DNA of 16,085 nucleotides from Thiomargarita sp. (GTDB taxonomy: Bacteria > Pseudomonadota > Gammaproteobacteria > Beggiatoales > Beggiatoaceae). Location of the stretch: assembly GCA_030633165.1 (NCBI GenBank), contig DAOVTJ010000030.1:1-16085 (forward strand), in the 5' to 3' direction. The position numbers and the translations under genes were made by a program. Below the pieces are notes generated by a model, which ran no database searches, was not told where the DNA came from, and was given only the letters and a program-made list of their open reading frames with translations. Position 1 is the stretch's first letter. Every line of letters starts with the position of its first letter. Positions 6,893 to 15,225 of this stretch are shown here, piece by piece.

Positions 6893-8494
6893 TCAAGATA
6901 GTTTTGGTCCTGCTGCTAAAATTTCTGCTGTCGCTTGACCAATATATTGTTTAAAATTTTCAATAAACATTCCAGCTAATTTCTTTGCTTGGATATCATA
7001 CTCATCAGGATGTAACCATGTATTGCGGGTGTTTAAAATTTCATCTGGCACTTCAGGGCAATGTGTTGGCACTTGTAACCCAAAAAATGGTTCTGTTTCT
7101 AATGGTATGTCTTTCAATTTTCCATCCAGCACTGCATTTACCATTGCTCTGGTGTAGGATATTTTAATCCGTTGTCCTGTGCCATATCCCCCTCCGATCC
7201 ATCCTGTATTAATGAGCCATGTATCCGCATCGTGTTGCTCTAATTTTTCTCCTAATAATTCTGCATATTTTTGGGGATATAGCGGCATAAATGGTGCGCC
7301 ATAACATGTACTGAAATTGGGTTGTGGTTCGGTGATGCCTTTTTCAGTTCCTGCTACTTTAGCCGTATAACCTGATAAGAAATGGTACATGGCTTGCGCT
7401 TTGGTCAATTTCGCAAGTGGGGGTAATACGCCAAATGCATCGGCTGATAATAAAATTATATTTTTGGGATGACCACCCATACCCTTTCGAGTTGCGTTAG
7501 AAATATGGGAAATGGGATAAGAAGCGCGTGTATTTTCTGTAAATTTAGCATCCATTAAATCAATACGACGGGTTTTAGCATCTATAGCCACATTTTCCAA
7601 CACTGTTCCAAATTTGCGTGTGGTTTCATAAATAACGGGTTCTTCTTCAGGAGATAGGTTGATCATTTTGGCATAACACCCGCCCTCCAAATTAAAAATA
7701 CCTTCATCATCCCAACCGTGTTCATCATCCCCAATTAAAGTTTTGGATGCATCAGCAGATAGTGTTGTTTTACCTGTACCACTTAAACCAAAGAAAATGG
7801 TGGTACTATTATTAGTATTAATATTGGCAGAACCATGCATAGAAAATACCCCTTTCTTGGGTAAAATATAGTTCATAATACTAAAAATGGATTTTTTTAT
7901 TTCACCCGCATAGCTAGTACCCCCAATCAGTACCAGTTTTTTGGCAAAGTTGGTAATGATAAAGGTTTCGGAATTGATCCCAGGCTGCGTGGAACTGGCA
8001 TGGAGTTTTGGGGCAACAATGACTGTAAAATCTGGAATGTGCTTGGCTATTTCTTCTGGGGCGGCTTGAATAAACATATTACGGGCAAATAAACTTTGCC
8101 AAGCATATTGACTAACGATACGAATGGGCAAACGATGTTTAGGAGAAGCACCCGCAAAACAATCTTGTACATAAACATCTTGAGTTTGCAAATGTAAGTT
8201 CATCTGATGGTGAAGTTTATCAAAATTTTCCGTTGATATAGGACAGTTGACTTTTCCCCAACAAATATCTTTTTCTGTTGTTGCTTCTTGAACAATAAAC
8301 TTATCATGCGCAGAACGCCCAGTATGAGATCCTGTATAAACTACAATTGGACCCATATGAGTCAAAATACCTTCACGATGTCGAATAACATGCTCATATA
8401 AGGCGGGAGTATTTAAATTCCAATAAATATTATTTAAATTAGATAAGCCATGATTTTCTAATCCATAACTGCTGTGTTCATCGTAATGCGTCAT
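6893..8494 (-). CDS. pckA: Phosphoenolpyruvate carboxykinase (ATP-dependent), PckA
   Basis: Collinear with E. coli PckA. The kinase-1a P-loop is GLSGTGKTTLS, and further diagnostic motifs are TGRS..DKFIV, DDEHGW and NTGWIGG. I chose the start at MTHYDEHSSYGLENHGLSN (ATG 8494..8492, AGGA 6 nt upstream). The ORF-track start at 8572 is a GTG that would add 26 non-conserved residues. Confidence 0.9.
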   Translation of the reverse strand: MTHYDEHSSYGLENHGLSNLNNIYWNLNTPALYEHVIRHREGILTHMGPIVVYTGSHTGRSAHDKFIVQEATTEKDICWGKVNCPISTENFDKLHHQMNLHLQTQDVYVQDCFAGASPKHRLPIRIVSQYAWQSLFARNMFIQAAPEEIAKHIPDFTVIVAPKLHASSTQPGINSETFIITNFAKKLVLIGGTSYAGEIKKSIFSIMNYILPKKGVFSMHGSANINTNNSTTIFFGLSGTGKTTLSADASKTLIGDDEHGWDDEGIFNLEGGCYAKMINLSPEEEPVIYETTRKFGTVLENVAIDAKTRRIDLMDAKFTENTRASYPISHISNATRKGMGGHPKNIILLSADAFGVLPPLAKLTKAQAMYHFLSGYTAKVAGTEKGITEPQPNFSTCYGAPFMPLYPQKYAELLGEKLEQHDADTWLINTGWIGGGYGTGQRIKISYTRAMVNAVLDGKLKDIPLETEPFFGLQVPTHCPEVPDEILNTRNTWLHPDEYDIQAKKLAGMFIENFKQYIGQATAEILAAGPKLS

Positions 8495-8519
8495 GTTTTT
8501 TCCTATGAAATAAAAATGA

Positions 8520-8528
8520 TGTATAATA
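8520..8528 (+). promoter_or_regulatory. Candidate extended -10 (TGTATAATA) for the FimX-like gene #1, in the pckA-divergent intergenic region
   Basis: TG followed by TATAAT at 8522-8527, ~48 nt upstream of ATG 8575. No good -35. An extended -10 can compensate for that (established knowledge). Prediction only. Confidence 0.3.
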
Positions 8529-8574
8529 TCCTGTTTTTTATGAAATTGTAAGTATTTGATACCTAAATTCACCT

Positions 8575-10614
8575 ATGAAAATATTATTTACAGAAGAAAA
8601 TGCCCATGAATATCTTCAAATTCGTCAATTATTAGAAGAACAAAAGGGCTTTTTTAAAATGGATTGGGCTACCAATTATGATGTTGCTCTCAAAAAGATT
8701 GAAGAGAATGATTATGATGTTCATCTGATTGGTTATAATCCCAAAAAACTACAACAAAGATTTGTGGCTAGTTTATATAAACACAAAAAAAACATTCCAA
8801 TAATTTTACTGACCAAACATGATGAGTTAATCGAAACAACATTGATAGATCAATACCAAACTTATTTTTTATCTCAGAAGCATTTAAGTTGCGCCCTAAT
8901 TGAACGTTCTATCTATTATCTTTCTCATTTAAACTCAACTCAAAACCATCAGGAAATTTTTCAGATTATTTTTAATAAGGCATTTGAATTCATCGCCTTA
9001 ATTAAACCTAATGGTATTGTAAAAGATATTAATCAAACTGCTTTAAGATTTCTTAACTCTACACTTAAAGGTGTGAAAAATCATTTATTTTGGGAAATGC
9101 CTTGGGTAACACACTCTAAAAGAATCGAAGCATATTTTAAAAAAGCACTTGAAGGTAAGATTTTACCTTGTAAAATTAAGATACAAGAGGAAAATAGGCA
9201 AAATATTGTACTAGATTTTATATTTACTCCCATTACTAATGCCCAAGGAGAAATACTTTGGATATTGGCAGAGGGACGCCATTTAGAAGAACAAATAAGC
9301 CATCTTTCATCACATGATCAATTAACAGATTTACCAAACCGTCATCTTTTTATAGAATATTTAGAAGATGCGATGAGTCGTGCTAAGCAGCACAAAGAAT
9401 ATTATATTGCTGTATTATTAATAAATTTAAAAAGATTTAGGGTGATTAATGCTGCATTAGGGCATGATATGGGTGATTGGTTATTGATGAAAATGAGCCA
9501 ACGCTTAGAAACTTGTTTAGAAAATAAAAATATTCTGGCGCATGCTGGTGGTAATGAGTTTATAATTTTACTGGATGATATGCAAGATTTTGCGGAAGCC
9601 ACTACTTTAGCCACAACGATTAATGAGGTATTGGGTCGTTTGTTTTCGATGGATGGATATGATATTTCTATGTCAAGTGATATTGGAATTGCGTATTATA
9701 CTGATCAAAAAGAAGCGAATGATGTGTTACGGGATGCTGATGCCGCAATGCTTCATACTAAGAACATCAGTAAAACGGGTTGCACCGTTTTTCGTCCTGA
9801 AATGCATCATCAAGTCATTTCACGTTTACAAATGGAAACAGATTTACAGAAAGCGATTAAACTAAAGAATTTTGTTTTAAGGTATCAACCACAAATTGAA
9901 TTAGTTTCAAATAAACTTGTTGGTATGGAATCTTTAATTCGCTTTCAACACCCCAAAAACGGATTAATCTCTCCACTTGAATTTATATCAGTACTTGAAG
10001 ATACTGGAAGTATTATTCCGATTGGGGAGTGGGTTTTACAAACGGCTTGTTCTCATTTAATTTCTTTGTTAGAAGCTAATTTGCCCATAAATCATGTTAC
10101 TGTGAATTTATCCGCTTATCAATTTCGTAATAAGAATTTTATCCGAAAAATTATTGAAACACTCGAGGAATCTGGCTTACAACCAGAATCTTTGGAACTA
10201 GAAATAACTGAAAATTTATTATTAGAAGATATAGATTCCGCCATTAAAACATTGAAATATTTAAAAAATCTTGGCATTCGTGTGACTATTGATGATTTTG
10301 GAACAGGTTATTCATCTTTGATTTACCTGAAACGGTTACCAGCAGATTTTATTAAAATTGACAAAACATTTATTGGTGGCGTTATTTCATCACCAGAAGA
10401 TACAGCGATTACAGTGGCTACAATAGACATGGCACATGCATTAGGTTTAGGTGTGATTGCTGCAGGTGTTGAAACTATTGAACAACATAATTTTTTATAT
10501 GAATTTGGATGTGATTTCGCGCAAGGCTATTTATATGCAGCTCCAATGGCAGATATCAATTTTTTAGAATGGGCAAGAGAATATAATCAGAAACTTAAAG
10601 TACAAAATGAATAA
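8575..10614 (+). CDS. c-di-GMP signalling protein with FimX-like architecture: pseudo-receiver (REC-like, phospho-acceptor Asp absent) - PAS - degenerate GGDEF (GGNEF) - EAL (ESL; nearly complete catalytic set but EGVE -> AGVE)
   Basis: N-term MKILFTEENAHEY...YDVHLIGYN...PIILLTKHDE resembles a CheY-like fold, with LIG where the phospho-Asp (LLD) would be. GGDEF domain: LTDLPNRHLF...GHDMGDW...AHAGGNEFIIL, with the GGNEF codons at 9547-9561. EAL domain: YQPQIEL...GMESLIRFQHP, NLSAYQF, LELEITEN, DDFGTGYSSL, KIDKTFI, AAGVETIEQ, QGYLYAAPM. The N-terminus is conserved with the paralogue at 11557. Confidence 0.85.
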   Translation: MKILFTEENAHEYLQIRQLLEEQKGFFKMDWATNYDVALKKIEENDYDVHLIGYNPKKLQQRFVASLYKHKKNIPIILLTKHDELIETTLIDQYQTYFLSQKHLSCALIERSIYYLSHLNSTQNHQEIFQIIFNKAFEFIALIKPNGIVKDINQTALRFLNSTLKGVKNHLFWEMPWVTHSKRIEAYFKKALEGKILPCKIKIQEENRQNIVLDFIFTPITNAQGEILWILAEGRHLEEQISHLSSHDQLTDLPNRHLFIEYLEDAMSRAKQHKEYYIAVLLINLKRFRVINAALGHDMGDWLLMKMSQRLETCLENKNILAHAGGNEFIILLDDMQDFAEATTLATTINEVLGRLFSMDGYDISMSSDIGIAYYTDQKEANDVLRDADAAMLHTKNISKTGCTVFRPEMHHQVISRLQMETDLQKAIKLKNFVLRYQPQIELVSNKLVGMESLIRFQHPKNGLISPLEFISVLEDTGSIIPIGEWVLQTACSHLISLLEANLPINHVTVNLSAYQFRNKNFIRKIIETLEESGLQPESLELEITENLLLEDIDSAIKTLKYLKNLGIRVTIDDFGTGYSSLIYLKRLPADFIKIDKTFIGGVISSPEDTAITVATIDMAHALGLGVIAAGVETIEQHNFLYEFGCDFAQGYLYAAPMADINFLEWAREYNQKLKVQNE

Positions 10615-10616
10615 AT

Positions 10617-10637
10617 ATCTCCCTCATGTAGGGAGAT
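10617..10637. terminator. Perfect hairpin ATCTCCCT-catgt-AGGGAGAT between the convergent GGDEF-EAL #1 and lpxL genes; likely bidirectional terminator
   Basis: An 8-bp perfect stem with a 5-nt loop sits in the 29-bp gap between the two stop codons (10614 and 10644). On the minus strand it is followed by ATTTATTCATTTT. Confidence 0.5.
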
Positions 10638-10643
10638 AACAGG

Positions 10644-11534
10644 CTATTGATAAACACTTTTTTCCTCATTTGGTCTATCTTTAAAACGCCGATGTACCCA
10701 TAAATATTGTTCTGGTACTTTTCTAACTTGCGCCTCAATTAATTGATTCATTCGTAATGCATCTTGTTGAGGTTCACCGCTAGGAAAATCTTCTAAGGCA
10801 GGTTGTAAAATTATTTTATAACCATGTTCAAAACGTTGCATAAAAAAAGGGACTACAGTAGCACCACTTATTTTTGTTATACGTGATATTGCGGTATTGG
10901 TTGCTGCTGGAATGCCAAAAAAGTTGGCAAATACACTATGTTTGTGTTTAAAATTTTGATCAGAAGCAAACCATAAAGCTTTATTTTGTTTTAGACTACG
11001 TAACATTTCACGTACAGCATCACGAGGAATTGCTTTTTCAGCATGTTTTTCACGATTTTTTGTCATAAAGTGTTCAATCAATGGATTCTCATGGGCACGA
11101 TAAATCACGTGAATTGCAGTATGTTGCGACAAAAAACGGTTACTGATTTCCATTGATGTAAAATGTGCACCAAGTAATATGACACCTTTTCCCTTTTTTA
11201 AGCCAGCATGTAAATGTTCTAGTCCTTCAATATGCCCTAAAGATTTTAAAGTATTATCTGACAGCCACCATGCACCGAAAATTTCAACCAAGCCCATGCC
11301 TAAAGATTCAAAATGTTGAAGTAGCAGATGCTGTCTTTGTGTTTCATCTAGTTCGGGAAAACATAATTTTAGGTTAATATCAGCAATTTTCCGACGACGA
11401 TGGGCTAGTCGATAGCCGATTCGTCCGAGTTGTCGTCCTGTTGCTAATTGCCATTGGTAGGGTAAACAGGTTAAACACCAGAATACGCCCACTCCAGCCC
11501 ATAAGAGCCAATAACGTGGTGTTAATAAATTCAT
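10644..11534 (-). CDS. lpxL: Lipid A biosynthesis lauroyl/myristoyl (late) acyltransferase, LpxL/HtrB family
   Basis: Aligns by eye with E. coli LpxL along its full length. The N-terminal TM segment is PRYWLLWAGVGVFWCLTCLPY (cf. HPRYWLTWLGIGVLW), LKLCFPE matches LELCFPE, the HX4E acyltransferase motif is LLGAHFTSME, and the C-terminus is EQYLWVHRRFKDRP (cf. EQYMWLHRRFKTRP). Confidence 0.85.
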   Translation of the reverse strand: MNLLTPRYWLLWAGVGVFWCLTCLPYQWQLATGRQLGRIGYRLAHRRRKIADINLKLCFPELDETQRQHLLLQHFESLGMGLVEIFGAWWLSDNTLKSLGHIEGLEHLHAGLKKGKGVILLGAHFTSMEISNRFLSQHTAIHVIYRAHENPLIEHFMTKNREKHAEKAIPRDAVREMLRSLKQNKALWFASDQNFKHKHSVFANFFGIPAATNTAISRITKISGATVVPFFMQRFEHGYKIILQPALEDFPSGEPQQDALRMNQLIEAQVRKVPEQYLWVHRRFKDRPNEEKSVYQ

Positions 11535-11556
11535 TTAATAAAGAGAGAAAATACTA

Positions 11557-13590
11557 ATGCTTATATTATTTATAGAAGAAAATGCACAAGATTATTTGAA
11601 ATATCGTCAATTATTGGATGATCAAGCGGATAAGTTTAACATGGATTGGGCACCTAATTATGAGGTGGCTTTAAACAAAATTGAAAATAATGCTTACGAT
11701 ATTTATCTAGTTGGTTATTATGAGACAAAAGTACAACAACAAAATTTTTTAGTTTGGTTATACACTCATGTCAACAAGCCTACTATTTTGTTAACTAAAC
11801 ATAGTGAACAAGTAAATATCGAGTTAATGGAGAAGTATCTAAGTTATTCTTTGGGAAAAGAACAATTAAGTTGGGAACAACTTAATCGAGCGATCCGTTA
11901 CCATGCACGTTTGCTTACTTTACAGAAAAACGAAGATAAATTTCAAAGCATTTTTGAAAATGCCTTAGCCTTTATAGGCATAATCAGTCTCGAAGGCATT
12001 GTGCAAGAGTTCAATAAAACAGCTTTGACATTGTTTGATATTCAAAAATCTCCAACGACAGGAATTATTTTATGGGATATGGTTTGGGTAAAGAATTCAC
12101 AAACTGAGTTGAAAGCAGCATTTGCAGAGGCTAAGAAGGGTAAGATTACACATTCTCAAGTAGCACTACAAAAATCTAATGGACAGGTGGTGACATTAGA
12201 TTTATCATTAACTCGTCATAAAGATGTGATCTTGCTTGAAGGACATGATATCAGTGGTTCTCATGCTTTAGAGCAACAATTAGCTCAAACTAATTTACAT
12301 GATCAATTGACAGAATTGCCTAATCGTCATCTTTTTATGGAATATTTAGAAAAGGCAATAGTTCACACTCAATCACACAAAAATTCAAATCTTGCAGTAT
12401 TAGTGATTAGTTTGGAGAAATTTAAAAGCATTAATGCTACCTTAGGGCATGATATGGGTGATTGGTTAATGATGGAAATCACACAACGTTTGCAAGGATG
12501 TTTACAGAAAAAAGAATTATTAGCACGTGCCCGTGAGGATGAATTTCTTATTTTGCAGCATGATATGCAAGATTTTAGTGAAGCAACAACTTTAGCAACA
12601 ATAATTATTAATACTTTGGAATATCCTTTTTCCTTGACTAACTATGAATTTGTCATTTCATGCCATATAGGGATTGCATACTATAGAGATCAAAATGAAG
12701 AAACGGATTTGTTACGTGATGCTGATGCTGCGATGTATCATGCTAAGTCGAAAGGTAATTCTTATGCTGTATTTCGTCCGAGCATGTATGAGACTGTTAT
12801 CTCTCGTTTGCAAATGGAAACTGATGTTCTGCGTGCGACAAAAGAAAAAAATAACAATTTTGTACTGTTTTATCAACCAACCATTGAATTATCAACGGAG
12901 CAGTTGGTGGGTATGGAGTCCATGATTCATTTTCAACATCCACAACACGGTGTCATTTCACAACTTGAATTTATGCCTGTACTTGAAGAAACTGGCTTTA
13001 TCATTTCCATTGGCGAATGGAATTTGCGAACAGCTTGTCATCAATTATTTTCTTGGTTAGAAACAGCTTTATTTGTGCATCATGTTAGTGTGAATTTATC
13101 TACACGTCATTTTCAGAATAAAAATTTAATTAAGACTGTGATCGAGTCCATTGAACAAAATGGCTTAAAGCCAGATTGTTTGGAATTAATGATAAATGAA
13201 AGTTTATTGTTAGAACATGGTGATATGGCTCTTAAAACATTAAAACATTTTAAAGATGTAGGTATTAATATTACTATTAATGATTTTGGAATGGGTTATG
13301 CTTCCTTGAATTGTCTTAGGCATTTTCCAGCGGATTGCTTGAAAATTAATAGCTCTATTATTAATGGGATTATATCTTCACCAGAAGATAGTGCCATTAC
13401 AGTTGCAACCATTGATATGGCACATGCTTTAGGATTAACTGTGATTGCAGAAGGGGTAGAAACTCTTGAACAACGTGATTTTTTACGTGAGCAAGGTTGC
13501 GATTTTGCACAAGGATATTTTTACGCAGCACCCATGAAAAATATGGAAGCCCAAACTTGGGCAAAACAATACACTTCCACTGATACCTGA
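11557..13590 (+). CDS. Second FimX-like pseudo-REC-PAS-GGDEF*-EAL* protein, paralogue of 8575..10614. GGDEF is replaced by REDEF. The EAL domain keeps EGVE but has lost several metal-binding residues (ELEITE->ELMINE, DDFG->NDFG, KID->KIN).
   Basis: N-term MLILFIEENAQDYLKYRQLL aligns with the paralogue's MKILFTEENAHEYLQIRQLL. GGDEF-domain landmarks LTELPNRHLF and GHDMGDW are kept, and ARAREDEF replaces the GGDEF signature (REDEF codons 12532-12546). EAL domain: GMESMIHFQHP (the conserved Arg is His here), NLSTRHF, LELMINES, NDFGMGYASL, KINSSII, AEGVETLEQ, QGYFYAAPM. By eye about half of the aligned residues are identical to paralogue #1. Confidence 0.85.
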   Translation: MLILFIEENAQDYLKYRQLLDDQADKFNMDWAPNYEVALNKIENNAYDIYLVGYYETKVQQQNFLVWLYTHVNKPTILLTKHSEQVNIELMEKYLSYSLGKEQLSWEQLNRAIRYHARLLTLQKNEDKFQSIFENALAFIGIISLEGIVQEFNKTALTLFDIQKSPTTGIILWDMVWVKNSQTELKAAFAEAKKGKITHSQVALQKSNGQVVTLDLSLTRHKDVILLEGHDISGSHALEQQLAQTNLHDQLTELPNRHLFMEYLEKAIVHTQSHKNSNLAVLVISLEKFKSINATLGHDMGDWLMMEITQRLQGCLQKKELLARAREDEFLILQHDMQDFSEATTLATIIINTLEYPFSLTNYEFVISCHIGIAYYRDQNEETDLLRDADAAMYHAKSKGNSYAVFRPSMYETVISRLQMETDVLRATKEKNNNFVLFYQPTIELSTEQLVGMESMIHFQHPQHGVISQLEFMPVLEETGFIISIGEWNLRTACHQLFSWLETALFVHHVSVNLSTRHFQNKNLIKTVIESIEQNGLKPDCLELMINESLLLEHGDMALKTLKHFKDVGINITINDFGMGYASLNCLRHFPADCLKINSSIINGIISSPEDSAITVATIDMAHALGLTVIAEGVETLEQRDFLREQGCDFAQGYFYAAPMKNMEAQTWAKQYTSTDT

Positions 13591-13597
13591 TAATTGA

Positions 13598-15151
13598 ATG
13601 ACTAATTTTTTATTAAATATTAAAAATTTGTCCGTAGCATTTAATACACAAGTTGTGCATGATGTGAGTTTTCATATTAAAACGGGTGAAAAATTGGCTT
13701 TAGTAGGTGAATCTGGTTCAGGAAAATCAGTCACCGCTTTATCTATTTTGCAATTACATCAGCATGTCACCTATCCCACGGGATTAATTGAATTTCAAAA
13801 TAAAAACTTACTTCAAGTTAATCAGACAGATTTACGTCATATACGTGGCAAAGATATTGCCATGATTTTTCAAGAACCGATGACTTCGTTAAATCCTGTT
13901 TACCCTATTGGTAGTCAATTAATCGAACCATTATTGTTACATGAAGGGTTGAGTAAATCTGCCGCTCGACATCGTATGCTTGAACTACTTGAACAAACAG
14001 GTATTTCAGAACCTCAAAAACGTTTTAATGCTTATCCCCATACCTTATCAGGGGGGCAACGGCAACGGGTAATGATTGCAATGGCTTTAGCATGTAATCC
14101 AAAATTATTGATTGCTGATGAGCCCACAACTGCATTAGATGTCACGATACAATTACAAATTCTTGAATTACTTGAAAGTATGCAGAAAGAATTTGGTATG
14201 GCTGTGTTATTGATTAGCCATGATTTAAATTTAGTCAAACGTTTTGCAGATCGCATTTGTGTAATGCAAAAAGGTTATTTGCTTGAAACTGCTCCTGTAG
14301 AAGAGTTATTTACGCAAGCTCATCATCCTTATACACAAGGGTTACTCAATAGCCAACCTGAAAGAATTCAAACCAAATATGATTACAATGCAGAACCTTT
14401 ATTAGAAGGTAAACAAATTTGTTGTTACTTTACACCCACATTCAAAGCGGTTGATGATGTTGATATTAAAATATATCCAGGTGAAACAGTGGGTATAGTT
14501 GGTGAATCTGGTTCTGGCAAAACCACTTTAGGACATTGTTTATTGCAATTACAAAAATGTACTGGAGAGGTTTATTTTGCTAAACAACGCTTGGATCAAT
14601 TAAGTATACGCGAATTGCGTGCTTTACGCCATAAATTTCAAGTGGTTTTTCAAGATCCTTATTCCTCCTTATCACCGCGCATGCGGATCGAAGATATTAT
14701 TGGCGAAGGATTAGTCGTTCATTCTCCAACATTAAACCGTTCTCAACGTAAAGAGCGTATTCTCAAAATCATTTCCGAAGTGGGCTTGGAAGAAGATATG
14801 TTATCGCGTTATCCCTATCAATTTTCTGGTGGACAACGCCAACGTATTGCGATAGCACGTGTAATGATTTTAAAACCACAATTGATTGTGCTAGATGAAC
14901 CGACTAGTGCTTTGGATGTCTCTGTACAAAAACAAGTTTTGCAATTACTCAAAAAATTACAAGAGAAACACCATATCAGTTACTTATTTATTAGCCATGA
15001 CTTAAAAGTTATTCGCGCAATGTCTCACCGTATCATGGTCATGTATCAAGGAAAAATTGTTGAACAGGGAGAAACAGAGCAATTATTTAATAATCCCCAG
15101 CATCCTTATACACAAAGATTATTACATGCTTCTTTGTTTGGTAGCGCATAA
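13598..15151 (+). CDS. yejF: YejF-like ABC transporter ATP-binding protein with two fused OppD/DppD-type ATPase domains (the peptide/microcin C-type importer ATPase in E. coli)
   Basis: Two Walker A motifs (GESGSGKSV and GESGSGKTT) and two ABC signatures (LSGGQRQRV and FSGGQRQRI). Walker B is LLIADEPT in one domain and LIVLDEPT in the other. Both domains have the OppD/F C-terminal HPYTQ motif (HHPYTQGLLNS, QHPYTQRLLHAS). Aligns by eye with E. coli YejF from the N-terminus (M..LL.I.NLSV.F.....V.DVS..I..GE.LALVGESGSGKSVTALSIL.L). No permease or substrate-binding gene is adjacent. Confidence 0.85.
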   Translation: MTNFLLNIKNLSVAFNTQVVHDVSFHIKTGEKLALVGESGSGKSVTALSILQLHQHVTYPTGLIEFQNKNLLQVNQTDLRHIRGKDIAMIFQEPMTSLNPVYPIGSQLIEPLLLHEGLSKSAARHRMLELLEQTGISEPQKRFNAYPHTLSGGQRQRVMIAMALACNPKLLIADEPTTALDVTIQLQILELLESMQKEFGMAVLLISHDLNLVKRFADRICVMQKGYLLETAPVEELFTQAHHPYTQGLLNSQPERIQTKYDYNAEPLLEGKQICCYFTPTFKAVDDVDIKIYPGETVGIVGESGSGKTTLGHCLLQLQKCTGEVYFAKQRLDQLSIRELRALRHKFQVVFQDPYSSLSPRMRIEDIIGEGLVVHSPTLNRSQRKERILKIISEVGLEEDMLSRYPYQFSGGQRQRIAIARVMILKPQLIVLDEPTSALDVSVQKQVLQLLKKLQEKHHISYLFISHDLKVIRAMSHRIMVMYQGKIVEQGETEQLFNNPQHPYTQRLLHASLFGSA

Positions 15152-15225
15152 AATCAATATGTTAAGTGAACTAATTTCAATTAATACATTTAACTATTGA
15201 TTTTTAACCTAAAAAACTAATAGCA

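Noticed and set aside
8495-8572. Longer pckA start (GTG at 8572, MNLGIKYLQFHKK…)
   Set aside because: It is a GTG start adding 26 residues with no similarity to PckA N-termini. The ATG at 8494 aligns with the E. coli PckA N-terminus and has AGGA upstream. The extension would also consume the whole divergent promoter region.
15152-15210. AATCAATA…TATTGATT inverted repeat in the yejF / membrane-protein convergent intergenic region as a terminator
   Set aside because: The arms are ~35 nt apart (a large loop), AT-only and 8 bp long. That is not convincing as an intrinsic terminator or a protein site. It is likely chance in AT-rich DNA.
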